Positions 25,801-38,700 of a stretch of DNA of 64,000 bases are shown here, piece by piece. The translations under genes were made by a program, and so were the position numbers. The stretch's first letter is position 1. The number at the start of each line of letters is the position of its first letter. Source of the stretch: Somniosus microcephalus (lineage: Eukaryota). The stretch covers positions 96,162,001 to 96,226,000 of the forward strand of contig CM126206.1 in the NCBI GenBank assembly GCA_052327205.1, read 5' to 3'. Below the pieces are notes generated by a model. That model was not told the origin of the DNA, searched no databases, and worked only from the letters and a program-made list of their open reading frames with translations.

Positions 25801-27807
25801 CGTGCCCAGTTCTTGTTGAAATACCTCTTTGGCGTTAGCTAAGATTGTTGACAATCGCCCAGGAGTGACGTCTTCATCTTTTTTACCGTCCACCGTCATT
25901 GCATGAATGGAATGCCAATCTAAGTTTATCTTCCTGATCCATTCACGTCCCAATAACGGTGGTCCACCATTTGGCAGTATGTAGAGATACAATTTCCGTA
26001 TTTTCTTGCCATTGTATTCGACAGGCACCCTTATTTTTCCTCTGGGGTATACTTTTTGCCCCGTATACGTCGTCAAGATGATGGATGTCTCTCTCAAGGG
26101 TATGTGTGAAAATAGCCGCTCATAGTCTCGTCGATTCATGACGGTTAGCGCTGATCCTGTATCCAATTCCATTTTAACTTGGGACCCTGCTATCGTGAGG
26201 GTGACCCAAATGGTTCGGTGATCCTCTTTTGCGATTACATTGTGAAGTTTGAGACAGCTTAATCTCCTGTTCTCGGATTCACTATCACTCATCTGGTCTT
26301 CGGAACTACTGTCCGTCATCTTTTGTACTTTCTTGTACGGTTCCTTAGTAGCCTTTTTGTTGTCGCTGGTCTTCTTCCCAGACCTGCAAACTCGTGCAAT
26401 GTGTCCAATCTTCCCGCATTGTCTGCATATTTTGTCTTTGGACCAGCAGTCCGTCTGGTCATGGTTAGTTCTGCCGCAGCGATAACATTTTGCAAATCCC
26501 CGTGTCATTTCGTGGGTGCCGTATTCCTGTGGTTTTTGTTGAATTTCTGCAGCTCCCCTGGCTGCTGCTTCATACAATACTGCCACGCTGAAAGCCTTAT
26601 CTAGCGTCAGCTCTTTTTCTGCGAGTAACTTCTTCTGTGTTCCTTCACTCAGGAGTCCACAGACAAATTTGTCCCGTAGGGTATCTGCCAGTCCTGCTCC
26701 GAACTGGCAGTGCTTTGATAGCTTGCGTAGTTCCGTAAGATACTCAGCATTGCTCTCATGTTTGTGCTGAGTTCTCCTGTGGAATTTAAATCTTTCTGCT
26801 ATCAACAGCGGTGCAGGGTTTAAGTGCTCCTGTAGAACAGCAACAATTTCATTAAAACTCTTCGCCTTCAGCTTGGCTGGAGTAATCAGATCCCGCAATA
26901 GGCCGTACGTTCTAGCGCCCATTACGTTTAGCAATATTGATGCCTTTTTCCCCTCCGCTATTTCATTTGCCTCGAAATATACCTCGGCTCTTTCCACATA
27001 CGTGGTCCAGTCCTCTAATGTATTATCAAAAGCAGTGATACAGCCAGTCTTCGGCATCTTGCAAATCTAAAATGGCATCTCCCGCGCTTTGCCTTCTTCC
27101 CCTATTTAACAAAATGGCGCCTCCCGCGCTTTGTCTTCTTCCCCGCTGTTGTTAGCGCTGCTTTCCACGGTTTCCTGCGCGTTAAATATTAATTCGTTTT
27201 CTTTTATTATCTTCCCGTCGTGGAGCGGACCCTCTGGGACACTTCCCTCCCTCTTCTGAGGTCCGAACGCTGCCCAGCTTTGAAACACCTGTGTGCTCCA
27301 CCCTCTCTCTCTCTCCTTGCTTCCCGACTCGCTGCCCGGCCCCGTTGAAAGGCCACCCAATCGAGCTTCAGCCCGCCGCAGCCCAGGAAGGATCAGAGCA
27401 CTACCTGCCACCAGCCCGATTAGCTGGGAAACCACGGACCGAGGAACCCAGCCTGGCTCTGGAAAGTCGCTCCTGCAAAGCCTTGAACCCGATGATTGAC
27501 GGTTGACGCCCGTTTCTCGAGTTTCAATGGCCTCTATTTTTTTTTTTTTTCTGGCTCCGACCTTCAACAACGTCATCGGAGCTGCTGCTGAGTTGCAGGT
27601 AAGTTCGTTTCTTTACTCGTCGCCAGTGTTAAGTCCGTGAATGATTTAGACATGGACTAGCAGGAGTGAAAACAAACAGATGTTTACTGGTGGAAGTCCA
27701 TAACGAATCTAAACAACAGAGGCTCTCTAGCGCCTTTTATACAGGGGTGGTCACTGCCGGTACTGCAGTCTGAGACCAGTTATTCTCTTAAAGGTACATA
27801 CACAACA
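22810..27807 (-). mobile_element. Gypsy LTR retrotransposon C, full-length
   Basis: 181-bp TG...CA LTRs (22810-22990, 27627-27807, 4 mismatches); TSD cctcc; PBS tggcgacgag (tRNA-Ser GCT 3' end); PPT aaaaggggaggaat. Confidence 0.97.
23098..27057 (-). pseudogene. gag-pol: Gypsy C single gag-pol frame with two nonsense codons
   Basis: Two CCHC knuckles, protease LDTGS, RT YLDD, RNase H CDAS, integrase HHCC and DDE; in-frame TAA at 24619-24621 and 24511-24513. Confidence 0.93.
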
Positions 27808-28264
27808 CCTCCTATCAGAAATTACGGGCCTATGTAATTCTATGTAAAAGGCAGCTACTGTCACTGTGTGGTTTCAGCATCAAGCAATATTGTTTTCTGC
27901 ACTAGACAGAGATGGTTAAGAAGGCATCACAAATCAGTAACAGGATTGGGTTAGAGTGTAGGTTTCAGATAATAATGTCATAAATCACAGGAGCAAACCT
28001 TCCATGAATTATACATTGGAGATCTCGTTTTCCTCGTACGTTTCCCTTCCCCTGTACCTTGTAACTTTCCCTACTTTGTGCACCATTCCTTCACCAATAA
28101 ATTAGCAGGCAGCCTTCCCAATGACTTCAATCATCTCTACTTGAGTGTATCCGAGTGATTCAAGGCGACTGACTCACTTTCTGATTTTCCTTCTGTCCCT
28201 GTAAGGCAGCATCTTTTCTCATTCCTGTACTTCCCACTGACAGCATAGCTGAGATGAGGAACTT

Positions 28265-28715
28265 AACATAGGAAAAGGTGTAGGCCGCAAGCCTGCTCCC
28301 CCAATGCATTTGGATCATGGTAGATCTTTATCTTAACTCCACCTACCCGCCTTGGTTCTGTAACTCTTACTACCCTAACAAAAATCAAATAATCTCAGTT
28401 TTTTAACTTTCAATTGACCTAGCAGCAACAGCTTTTTGGGGGTGAGTGTTCCAGATTTTCACTACCTGTTGTGTGAAGAAGTGCTTCCTGACATCGCCCC
28501 TGAATGGCTTAGCACTCATTTTAAGGTTATGCCCCCTTGTTCTGGACCCCCCCCCCAGCAATAGTTTCTCTCTATCCATCCTATCAAATCCTTTAATCAT
28601 CTTAAAAACCTAAATTAGTTCACGACTTAATCTTCTATATTCCAGGGTATACAAGCCTAGTTTATGCAACCTGTCCTCATAATTTAACCCTTTTAGCCCC
28701 GATGTCATTCTGGTC
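28265..28715 (-). mobile_element. CR1 3' fragment
   Basis: SRTRGHNLK...RKHFFTQQVVKIWN (28403-28600) plus terminal module. Confidence 0.85.
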
Positions 28716-30060
28716 ATTCGGGGCGCTAAAGTCAGGTGGCTGCTAAAGTTTGCGCCCAGCGCAAGTTCGCGCCACCTTCGCCGATATTCAGTCGCATCAC
28801 CCCAAGAGGTTGCTGCTGCGCTAAAACAGGCGATGCACGACTATCATTAGGCGCTAAGCCGGCGGTCCGGGGCGATACCCCCGAGGGTGGGCGCAGCGCA
28901 GGTGCGGCGAGTTGCTGATTGACGGCAGACACTCTGGCGCTGGTCAGCTCTTAAAGGGGGAGGGTGGACTTGTCTGGCTGCCATGCCCTGCGCACTGCAG
29001 CCCTGAAGCAAGGCCTGACCAATGCTGGTTCATCAGTTCTACGCCCTGGACCATGGTGAAGCCCGCTATTCTTCCAAATCCCATTGTACGCTCTTGCTGC
29101 TTGTCCAGGGTCATGGGGAAGGAGATGTACTGACGTCTCCTTCTGAAAAGGGCATTGTTCACCTGTCGGATGCAGCAATGTACCGCGAACTGGGAGATGT
29201 TGGCAATGTCCCCAGTAGCGGATTGGAAGGAGCCGGTGGCATAGAAGTTGAGAGCCACCGTCACCTTCACTGCCACCAACAGAGACGTCCTGCTCCTCAG
29301 CTGTGGCTGCAGATCTCTGCGAAGCAGGTGGCAGATCTCAGTGACCACCTCCCTACTGAATCGCAGCCTCCGAACACACTGCTCCTCAGACATGTTCAGA
29401 TATGAGAACTGCTGGCGATATACCCTGGGTGGGTAAGGCCTCCTGTGCCGACACCTGTTGGCCCTTCTCCGTCTGGCCATGACTGGCACTCTCTCACGGC
29501 GTCTCTGATCCCTTTGAATGCAATGCAGAAAGCCAACGTTTCCACCCATTGTAGCCCCCTTTACAGTATATGTGGCGACTCAAGGCTATGGCACTGAAAG
29601 GGAAATCCAAGTGCAAAGCTCTGGCCTGAAGCCAGAAGTACCTGTGCGAGCGCTGAGTCAAAGCAGAAAGCTCTCTGCCTTTGTCTCTCACACAGAAGGA
29701 TTGGCACAAAATGGCTGTCACTTATAATGCAGGAGGAGTCCCCTTTAAATAGCGCCCCCCGCACCCCGCAGCGACTGGGAACCGTTCCCCTCTACCAGTC
29801 GCTGGGGGCGCCAGGTGCAAAGAAGGGCGGCGCCACTGAAGTTCCGGTTTGGGACGCACAAAGGGCGTTGCACGATGAAATGACGTCAGGATCTGCGCAC
29901 GCAGCTGAGTGCGCGCAAAAACTTTGCGCCGATGCCAAATCTCTAGTGAAGTTGGGGAGAGGTGCAGATCGCGCTGCGCCCGGCCGCTAGCCGCCTAGCG
30001 CCCAACATCTCCTCCTCCTAAGGCGCTACCGGCTGGCGCAAGCAACTGAATTTCTAGGCC
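28716..30060 (-). mobile_element. Harbinger internal-deletion derivative
   Basis: TIR actgaatttctaggcc at 30045-30060; transposase 5' half (RPYPPRVYRQQFSY...AGFTMVQG) joined near 29040 to sequence homologous to 10260-10580. Confidence 0.88.
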
Positions 30061-30179
30061 TTAGTTCCTCATTATAATGAAATAGGCGGGCTGCCAGTGT
30101 TAGTCCCGATGTTGATTAGCAGCTCGCCGAAGCGAGGCCTTCAAAGTCCGGCATTCCTGCTGCTATTTAAAGGCAGCCT

Positions 30180-32640
30180 GCACCTCTTAAAGGGATGTGC
30201 ACATTGGCTGCAGGCAACTTGGAGGCAACTCTGGAGAAGTAGATACTTCAAAGGCCCCTTGCTTTTCTGACACTGCAATTGAAGTGGTTGGCAGGAGGAG
30301 GGGCATCCTCTTCCCAACAAATGACAGGTGGTGGAGGGTGTCAGTGCTAGGAACATCGCCCCACGGACTCTTCTCAATTCCCTGTACCACACTTCACTCC
30401 AGCTCCTTCTGCTCCTAATGCCACACTCTGCACCTCCTACTCTCCTCAATAGTACTGCCGTCACTTCCTCGCACCTCTGCCACCCATCACACACCACTAT
30501 TCAACCTTGACTTGCACATCCTCAAACCATCTCACTAGGTGACCACTAGCGCTCTCCCTTCTTTCTTGCAGATAAAGCTGGCGAGCAATCATAGAGAGGA
30601 AGCGAGGACAGGAAGAGGTAGAGCACCTATTCAGGTTCCCTCCCCACTCGAGGAACAAGTCACGGAGCTATTGGGGATAGGTTGTGTCAGGGACATGCGA
30701 GTGGCCAGGCTGGAGGATGCATCCTACAGGATTCTTGGCTATCTTTCACTGTCCCTTCTCACCAAAATATCACCCTCACACACTAAGCACGACAAAATGC
30801 AGCTGCTTCCAGCAGCCACTCATCTGTCTCTGCTTATCCTCACATTGAAACCTAAGCCTTGCCCCTCTCTTCCCTTTAGGTCAACAAAATGTAGAGTGCC
30901 TGAAAGATGAGGTGCTGACAGAGTGCATCACAGAAGATGACACTGCATCATGTGAACTTACCTTAGCAAGCACCAGCTCAGAGGCTGGTACTACCCATAC
31001 ATTAGAAGACAGGCTAGAGGGGTCTGCATTGGGAGACTCACTGAGCACTAGTACGCAGGAGCATGGGCAGTGGGATGGGCAGTCCAGGAAGCATCCTAGC
31101 CCTGCTGCAGAAGATCCCAAGGGCACACTCTACATTCAAAGACTGATCCCTATACACCAGGGTCTTTTAAGTGCACTGGGCAGCCTGCTAGACTGCTTGC
31201 ACACAATGGCATGGAGGACTCCAGCTCTAGTTTGTGTGGAGTCATCCAGCAAGGCATTCAGACCATGCAGTCAACCATGGAGCAGGTGGTCAGCCCTACA
31301 AGCCACGCAGTGAGGCGCACAATGATGGGGGCCTCTGATGACAGCTTGGAGCGCTTCACTCGGAGCTCAAACTACTGCCATCGTGGCTCTGGGATCTAGC
31401 ATCTCCTCAGCCTTTCAAACAATGAAGGGGAACATGTCTAGGAAAGTGGAGAGCAGGATAGGGGCTTCCAGAGCATCACTATACTCCTTCACTCTGTTCT
31501 TATGCAGGGAAGAGGCAGTGTAGAGACGCAATCCCATGACAGTGGTGTTGGCTCCATGGGAGAGGCTCATGCTGTCCTTTCTCAGGATAACATCACACCT
31601 CCTCCTCTGCCAGCCTCTGACCCACTGTCTTTTTTGGTCCCGCACAGCCAGCTGGCCCAGACCACGGACAGAAACTGAGACACTAAGCAATTTCACATTG
31701 GGCAATGCACTTATCAAGTGAGCTGATGGTGGAGTAATTCTATTTAGAGTCATAGAGTCATAACGGCACAGAAGGTGGCCATTCGGCCCATCAAGTCCGT
31801 GCCAGCTCTCTGTAGAGCAATCCAGTCAGTCCCATTCCCCCACTCTATCCCCGTAGCCCCACAAGTTTATTACCTTCAAGTGCCTATCAGTCTCCCCTTG
31901 AAAACATTGAGTGTCTCCGCTTCCACCACTTCCATCGGCAGTGAGTTCCAGGTCCTCACTGCTCACTGTGTAGAAAAGTTTTTCTTCACATCCCCCCTGT
32001 ATCTCTTGCCCAAAACCTTAAATCTGTGTTTCCTAGTCCTTGTACCATCAACTAGTGGGAACAGCCTTTCCCCGTCTATCCAAACCCGTCATAATCTTAT
32101 ACACCTCTATCAAATCACCCCTCAACCTCCTTTGCTCTAATGAAAACAAATCCAGCTTCTCCAACCTGTCCTTGTAGCTAAGATCCCCCATTCCCGAACC
32201 ATTCTGGTAAATCTCCTCTGCACCCTCTCAAGGGCCGTAAATTATTCCATTAATTATTCTATCAATCTATCTTATAGACATGTGCACTAAACATTTGGAA
32301 GTGCAGATGTTTCTCAAATGAAGCTTTAGAGCTGCCTATAAGGAGTGGATCCTTAAAAATTGTAGCAGATCCTTCAGACTCGACTATTCCAATGCTTTCT
32401 TGACTAGTTTCCCATCCAGTCTTTCTTGGTCCCACACAGCTAGCTGGCCCAGACTGTCCCATCTGATGCTAAGACACAGCAGCCTACAGCTGGGCTCTCA
32501 AGGCCCAGAGTTGTTGAGGTTGCTCACCACGACCATCTCTAGTGGCTTCAGTGGATGGTCAGCAGCTTCCTAACTCCCAGGCTCCCGTGACAGGGGAAAC
32601 ACTTTGTAGGAGCACTAGAATAGGACAACAAGCACAGAGG
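30180..32640 (+). pseudogene. decayed Harbinger Myb/SANT-like gene
   Basis: KAPCFSDTAIEVVGRRRGILFP; exon 2 after cttgcag IKLASNHREEARTGRG..SPLEEQVTELL; C-terminal remnant at 32455-32620. Confidence 0.72.
31747..32236 (-). mobile_element. CR1 3' fragment, same family as 273-3870
   Basis: 31908-32236 is highly similar to 273-607; tail gagtcatagagtcat. Confidence 0.9.
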
Positions 32641-32798
32641 CCAGGCACGAAGGGATTGCACTAAGGTGATTTAATTTCAATATGAATAGGAGGGAAAAGT
32701 TGTAAAATGCATGATGCGCACAGTGTGATGTAAACAGTTTTTATTGGCTTAACTTTGCTGTTGGTCTTGTTGTGTCTCCTTGTGTTCTTATATACAGT

Positions 32799-33481
32799 GG
32801 CCTAGAAATTGGGTTTTGGCTTAGCCAGGGCTTTAGCGCCGGAAGTTAGTGCCGGCGCTAAGTCCCCTGCGCGCGCCAAAAATTCAGTGGCGCCGCGCCC
32901 AAACGGCTGCCGGCGCTACTGAAGGGTCTTTGCGGCGGTACATCGGCGCTAACTGCCGTTTCGCGCCGCAATTCCGGCGCTGCGGCACCCGATGCGGTGC
33001 GGCAGGCTGGGGACGTGCAGGCCTCCTCCTCCCGTTAAGGAGGAGCTGCCTGCACCCGGCCGCGGCCCGCGCAAATCAGCTTAAAAATGAGCCCGGCACC
33101 TCGGACAAGTGCCGGGCTTGCATCTGTTCCGGGGGGGGGGGGAGAAGTCCGGGGAGGGAGCTGCGGGCAGGCGGCCGGCGGGAAAGTGGCCGGCCGCCGC
33201 GGGGCCTTTAATGCGCCGGCGCAAACTGAAGTAAGGCACCTCTGCCAGAACGTTGCTTGCGGCTGCCACGGGCGAGGCGGCCGCAACTCAATTTCGGAGT
33301 TCGGGCGGGTTACCACGGCAACCGGGACGCTGCGCACACCGATGACGTCATCGGTGCCGGCGCAGCGCTACCGGTGCAACGCCGATTTAGGGCCCCAGGG
33401 AATTTTTAAACTGGCCATAACTCTGGCGCTAGTCCCTCTAGCGCCTCAAAAGCGGCGCTAAGGCTAGTGAATTTCTAGGCC
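32799..33481. mobile_element. GC-rich Harbinger MITE in the 3' LTR of Gypsy A
   Basis: TIRs ggcctagaaatt / aatttctaggcc, matching the autonomous element; absent from the 5' LTR. Confidence 0.9.
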
Positions 33482-33813
33482 TATATATATTACAGACACT
33501 TTTAGTTCATTTTAGTTAGTGCTTTTACTTAGCTGTATTTCTTGCTTTGTTACAGTGCTGCCGCATGGTGCGGAGTGATACAAGATGTCCGACGCTGCAC
33601 TGTGCACTGCCCGTGCACAGTGTGCCACATAACGATATAACTACACCATACCAAAGTAGTTCCATACCAAAGTAGTTCCATTTAACGATGTGATACTATA
33701 ACAATGTAACATCACTCTTTCTCAAAAAACTAAAACATGAAATTTAACAATTTAAATTAACAAATATTATATCTAAACTATTATTATCAACTACAAAGAA
33801 TCATGAGTTTTTT

Positions 33814-35467
33814 TTATTCGCGATATCGCTCAGGTGGTTGGATGTTGTCCCTCCATCTTGTGGATTTGGTGGTGACCATTCCTCTCTGCGGTGTTTTGGT
33901 GTGTTCCGCTCTCGTTGTTGTTGTTGCTGTTGCCTTTGGAGTTGGAGTGTGCATGCTCGTGGTTGTTTGATTTGTAGCGCTTGTTTCTGGTGTTGTACTG
34001 CTTGTGGTAGCTGGTGTTGTCAATGTTGCTGATGTTGCCTGCTGCTTATCCAGTTCAGGTGAAGGTCTGATGTGGAGCCTGTTCCATCTGTATTGGTTAC
34101 CAGGTTCAGTCTCTACGAAGTAGGATCTTGGAGTATCGGCTTTTCCAATGACCTTGGCTGGATTCCAGGTTTTCCACACCGGGTCTTGCACATGCACTGA
34201 TTGTCCATTCACCAATTCTGGTAGCGTCTTTGCATGTTTATCGTAATGTTTGCTTCCTACGATTTGTGCTTCTGCCAGCTTTTGTCTGAAGTCCTCCTGG
34301 TTCTGGGGAGGATGTATTTTTGCTGGTAGTGTAGTCTTAAACTGCCTCCCATTCAGCAATTCCGCAGGTGATTTCATGTCTGCTTTCAGTGGTGTTGATC
34401 TGAGTGATAGGAGGGCAAGGTCTTGGTCTTCCCCCATCTCACTACTTTTGATGAGAGTTCTCTTGACAGTCTGGATCTGTCTTTCGATGAACCCGTGTCC
34501 CCTTGGGAAATGTGGGGATGAGGTTACTATTTTGAACCCATACTTTTCTGCCAGAGCTCTGAATTCACTTGATGTGAACTGGGTTCCATTGTCACAGATT
34601 ACCTTTTCCGGGATTCCTTGTTCAGCAAACAAGCTCTTTGCAATCCTGGTGGTAGTTGTGGCTCTCAAGTCTTTCATCCTTCTCACAAAAGGAAACTTTG
34701 AAAAATAATCTGCCACTATGAGATACCATTCTTGATTGCACATGAAGAGATCTGCCCCAACAGTGTGCCATGGTCTTGACGGTATTTCATTAGGTATCAC
34801 CTCCTCTTTCTGTTGTGCATTTCTGTATTTCTGGCATACACCACATGCAGAGACCGTCTGTTCGATATTTTTGTACATGCCTATCCAGTATACAGCTGAT
34901 CTGGCTCTCAGCTTGCATTTCTCCATTCCCATGTGGCCTTCATGTATGAGATGGAGAAGTTGTGTCTGCATCGTCTTTGGCACGATGATCCTCGATCCAG
35001 CAAGGAGAATACCGTCTTCGACTGCAATATCGTCTTTAACCATCCAGTATTGATGAATTGTCGCCTGTACCTGCTGGATTCTCTCCGGCCACCCCTGTAT
35101 TACTTGTTGTGTGAGTAGTTGCAACTCCTCATCTTTGCTAGTCTCATCTCTGATTTGACTGAGCTTTGTAGGGGTAACATTCACTAGGTGGTGGATTTTT
35201 ACTGTTAGGCCCTCCACCTCGTGTTTCTCATATGGTGACAATCGAGACAACGCATCTGCTAGCACCATTTCCTTTCCTGGCTTATATTTAAGTGTGAAGT
35301 CATAGCTTTGGATCCTTAGAAGTAGTCTTTGCAGTCTTGCAGGCGCTTTGCATAGATTCTTCTTATAGATCTGTTCTAGTGGACGATGGTTGCTCTCTAT
35401 TGTAAATCGCCTGCCATATAGGTATGTATGGAATTTCTCACATCCGTACACTACTGCTGATAGTTCT
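33814..35467 (-). pseudogene. pol: Gypsy A pol 3' part (RNase H end, integrase, Thr-rich tail)
   Basis: YGCEKFHTYLYG, HEGH..C..C, GADLF, CDNGTQF, IERQIQT; separated from the RT by Gypsy B. Confidence 0.92.
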
Positions 35468-35743
35468 TGTAAAGTCCGCGCCTCAATAATACACGGACTT
35501 CGGGAGAACAGTTTAACAGGTACTTTACTGAACAGGAGGGCAACGTCAGACTGAAATACAGAAGCCTGCTAGGGCCTTTTATACAGGGGTGGTCACCGCC
35601 GGTACTGCAGTCTAAAACCAGTTCTTCACTTAAAGGTACATACACAACAATTCCTCCCCTTTTAGATAAACAGTACATAACATTCATTTAACAACTAAAT
35701 AATAACTAATTACAATGTTCTGGATATTATATGAAATAATCAT

Positions 35744-38700
35744 TTATAAGTTCAGTCTTTGAGGAGGCTTCCTGATCCTGACTGGATAGCGCCTCTCTCG
35801 AGTATCCTGTTCTTGCGGCGAAGCTGATTCTGGTTCATGGTCACTGGTTGGTTCGTCAGCTTCCAATGCCACTGCTTCTGAGGTAGACGCAATCTGTACT
35901 TCAGGTTGATTACCAGGTGCACCTTCTCGTGGCACGGGTTTGGCTTGTTCCTGTGACTCTAGAATCTGGTCAGCATGGCGCCTCACAATGCTCTCTCCCA
36001 TGTCCACTGTGTACATTAGTGGTCCCTGCTGTGTGCATATCATTCCTGGCTGCCATTTTTCTGTTCGGTAGTCGCGGGCCAAGACTGGTTGCCCTACCTT
36101 GAAGCTCCGGGTTGGCTTCTCATTTATGTGCTGGAATTGCTTATCCTCAACATCTCGTCTTATGTTTGGTTTGAGCAAATCCAGGCGACATCTTAGCCTT
36201 CGGTTGAAAAACAGTACGGCTGGATTGCGTACTGCATGTGTCTCATTCCGGTAAGCAAACAAGAAACTATCCACCTTGTGTTGTAGTGGTATGTCGTCAT
36301 TATACTTTGCCTTTATGGCCTTTTTAAAGGTCTGAACAAACCTCTCAGCCAATCCATTTGTGGCTGGATGATATGGGGCAGATGTGTAATGTTTCACCCC
36401 ATTTTTCTTCAGGGACCTCCGGAAATCCTCAGACACAAACTGTGGCCCATTGTCAGAGCAAATCTGTTCTGGCAACTCATTCCTGGCGAAGATGGTCCTT
36501 AGGACTGCAATAGTTTTCTCCGTGGTGGTGGAGGACATTTTAATGACCTCTGGCCATTTCGAATGGGCGTCCACTGTGATTAGAAACATTGAGTCCATAA
36601 ATGGACCAGCAAAATCAATGTGTACCCGTTGCCATGGAGATGAGGGCCACTCCCATGGATGTAGCGGGGCCTGTGGTGGAGCGTTTTGGACCTTCTGGCA
36701 TCCTGTGTATCTCTTGGTCATATCCTTGATTTCTTTATCGATTCCCGGCCACCACACAAACGCCCTGGCTAGGCTCTTCATTTTTACCCCTCCCAGATGA
36801 CCCTCATGAAACTCATTGAGCACTCTATCTCTCAACTTGGGTGGAATTACCACTCGGGATCCACACATCAAGGTTCCCCGGCACACTGACAGCTGTTCTC
36901 TCCTTGGCGAGAATGCTGGCAACAGTGAGTCGCCATATGCTGGCCATCCCTTCACCGTCAAATCGTAGACCCGAGAGAGTGTCGGGTCATTTCGGGTTTC
37001 CTTCTCTATACTCGAGTTTGTAACAGGCAAACATTCGACTATGGTCGCATGGAATATCTCAACAGGGTCCACTGCAGGTGTTTCTTCTACCGTAGGCAAT
37101 GGTAGGCGCGACAGCCCATCAGCGTTTCCATGCTGTTTCATACCCTTGTACTCTATGTCGTACTGATGTGCCCCTAGAAAAAGTGACCATCTTTGCAGCC
37201 GTTGCGCCATCATCACCGGAACGCCCTTCTTTGGGTTAAAAATGGAGACCAGGGGCTGATGGTCGGTCAATAGGGTGAATTTCTGCCCGTGCAGATAGTG
37301 ATTGAACTTCTTCACCCCCCACACCAGGCTGAGGGCCTCCCTGTCAATCTGGGCATAGTTACGCTCGGCTGAGGTTAGCGAATGCGACGCAAAGGCTATT
37401 GGCCTCTCTGAACCATCACGGAATTTGTGTGACAGTACCGCTCCAATGCCATAGGGTGACGCATCACATGCCAACCGAATCGGTAGTGTTGGGTTGTAGT
37501 GGGCCAATACTTCTTTTGAAGTGATTAGGCATTTACATTCCTGAAAGGCACGCTTACACTCATCACTCCATTTCCATGTCACTCCAGTTTGCAGCAGGGC
37601 GTTCAGTGGGTGCAGAATTGCAGGTAAATTCGGCAAGAACTTATGGTAGTAGTTCACCAACCCGAGGAACGACCTCAGTTGCGACACATTATCCGGTGCT
37701 GGAGCCTTGACTACAGCCTCAATCTTGTCCGGCGACTTATGCAACCCTTCCTCATCAATCATGTGGCCACAATACGAGATTTGTCTCCTGAAGAACTCGC
37801 ATTTGGGGCGGTTGGCTCGTAGCCCATATTCCTGTAATCTCGTGAGCACCTGCTCCAGGTTGACAAGGTGTTCATTGACATTTTCGCCCGTAAACAGGAT
37901 GTCGTCCAAATAACACTGGGTCCCCGGGATCCCTTGCAGGACTTGTTCCATTGCCCTCTGCCAAATAGCCGAGGTCGATGCTACCCCGAATACCAGTCGA
38001 TTGTACTGGTAAAGGCCTTTGTGAGTGTTTATCATGAGGTATTTCCTAGATGCTTCTTCCACCTCCATTTGTAGATACGCTTGGGCCAGATCAATCTTTG
38101 TAAAACGTTTCCCTCCAGATAGTGAGGCGAAAATATCTTCTATCCGCGGAAGTGGATACTGTACTGTGTGCAGGACTGGGTTCACAGTCACCTTGAAGTC
38201 CCCATAGATGCGAACCTTCCTTGGCTCCCCAGGCGTGCTGCTCAATGCTATCTTCATTACAGGAATGATGGGTGTGGCCCACTCGCTCCAGCCCACCTTG
38301 GACAGCACACCCGAACGCTCCAGACTCTCCAGTTCAGCTTCAACGGCTGGGCAGATCGCGTATGGCACCAGTCTGGCCTTGAAAAATTTTGGGTTTGCGT
38401 TATCCTCAATTTTTATGGTTGCCTTTACTCCTTTTAGAGTCCCAAGTCCTTGTTGGAACACCTCTTCTGCGTCAGATAGAATTTGTGACAGACATCCAGG
38501 TGCGACGTCATCATCCTTTTTGTCAGTCACAGTTAGCGCCAGAATGGAATACCAATCTAATTGTATTTTTCGGATCCATTCACGTCCCAATAATGGTGGT
38601 CCTCCATCTCATAGTATATACATATATAGTTTCTGTGTTTCCTTGCCGTTATATTTAACTGGCACCCTTATTTTTCCTCTGGGGTAGACCTTTTGCCCCG

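Larger units (their letters stand above)
22071..27830. mobile_element. Harbinger-type MITE (~760 bp) split by Gypsy C
   Basis: TIRs ggcccgtattttccgat / atcagaaattacgggcc; internal palindrome ctggtaaaagtagg...cctacttttaccag (22304-22338); AT-rich core. Confidence 0.8.

Noticed and set aside
27106-27576. 156-aa ORF upstream of gag as an accessory gene
   Set aside because: It is not conserved as an ORF in sister element B, spans a poly-T run and lies in a GC-rich leader.
33814-34060. Thr-rich tail of Gypsy A as an env or mucin-like captured gene
   Set aside because: It is in frame with integrase, has no signal or transmembrane segment, and ends in the usual PxRY-type terminal motif.
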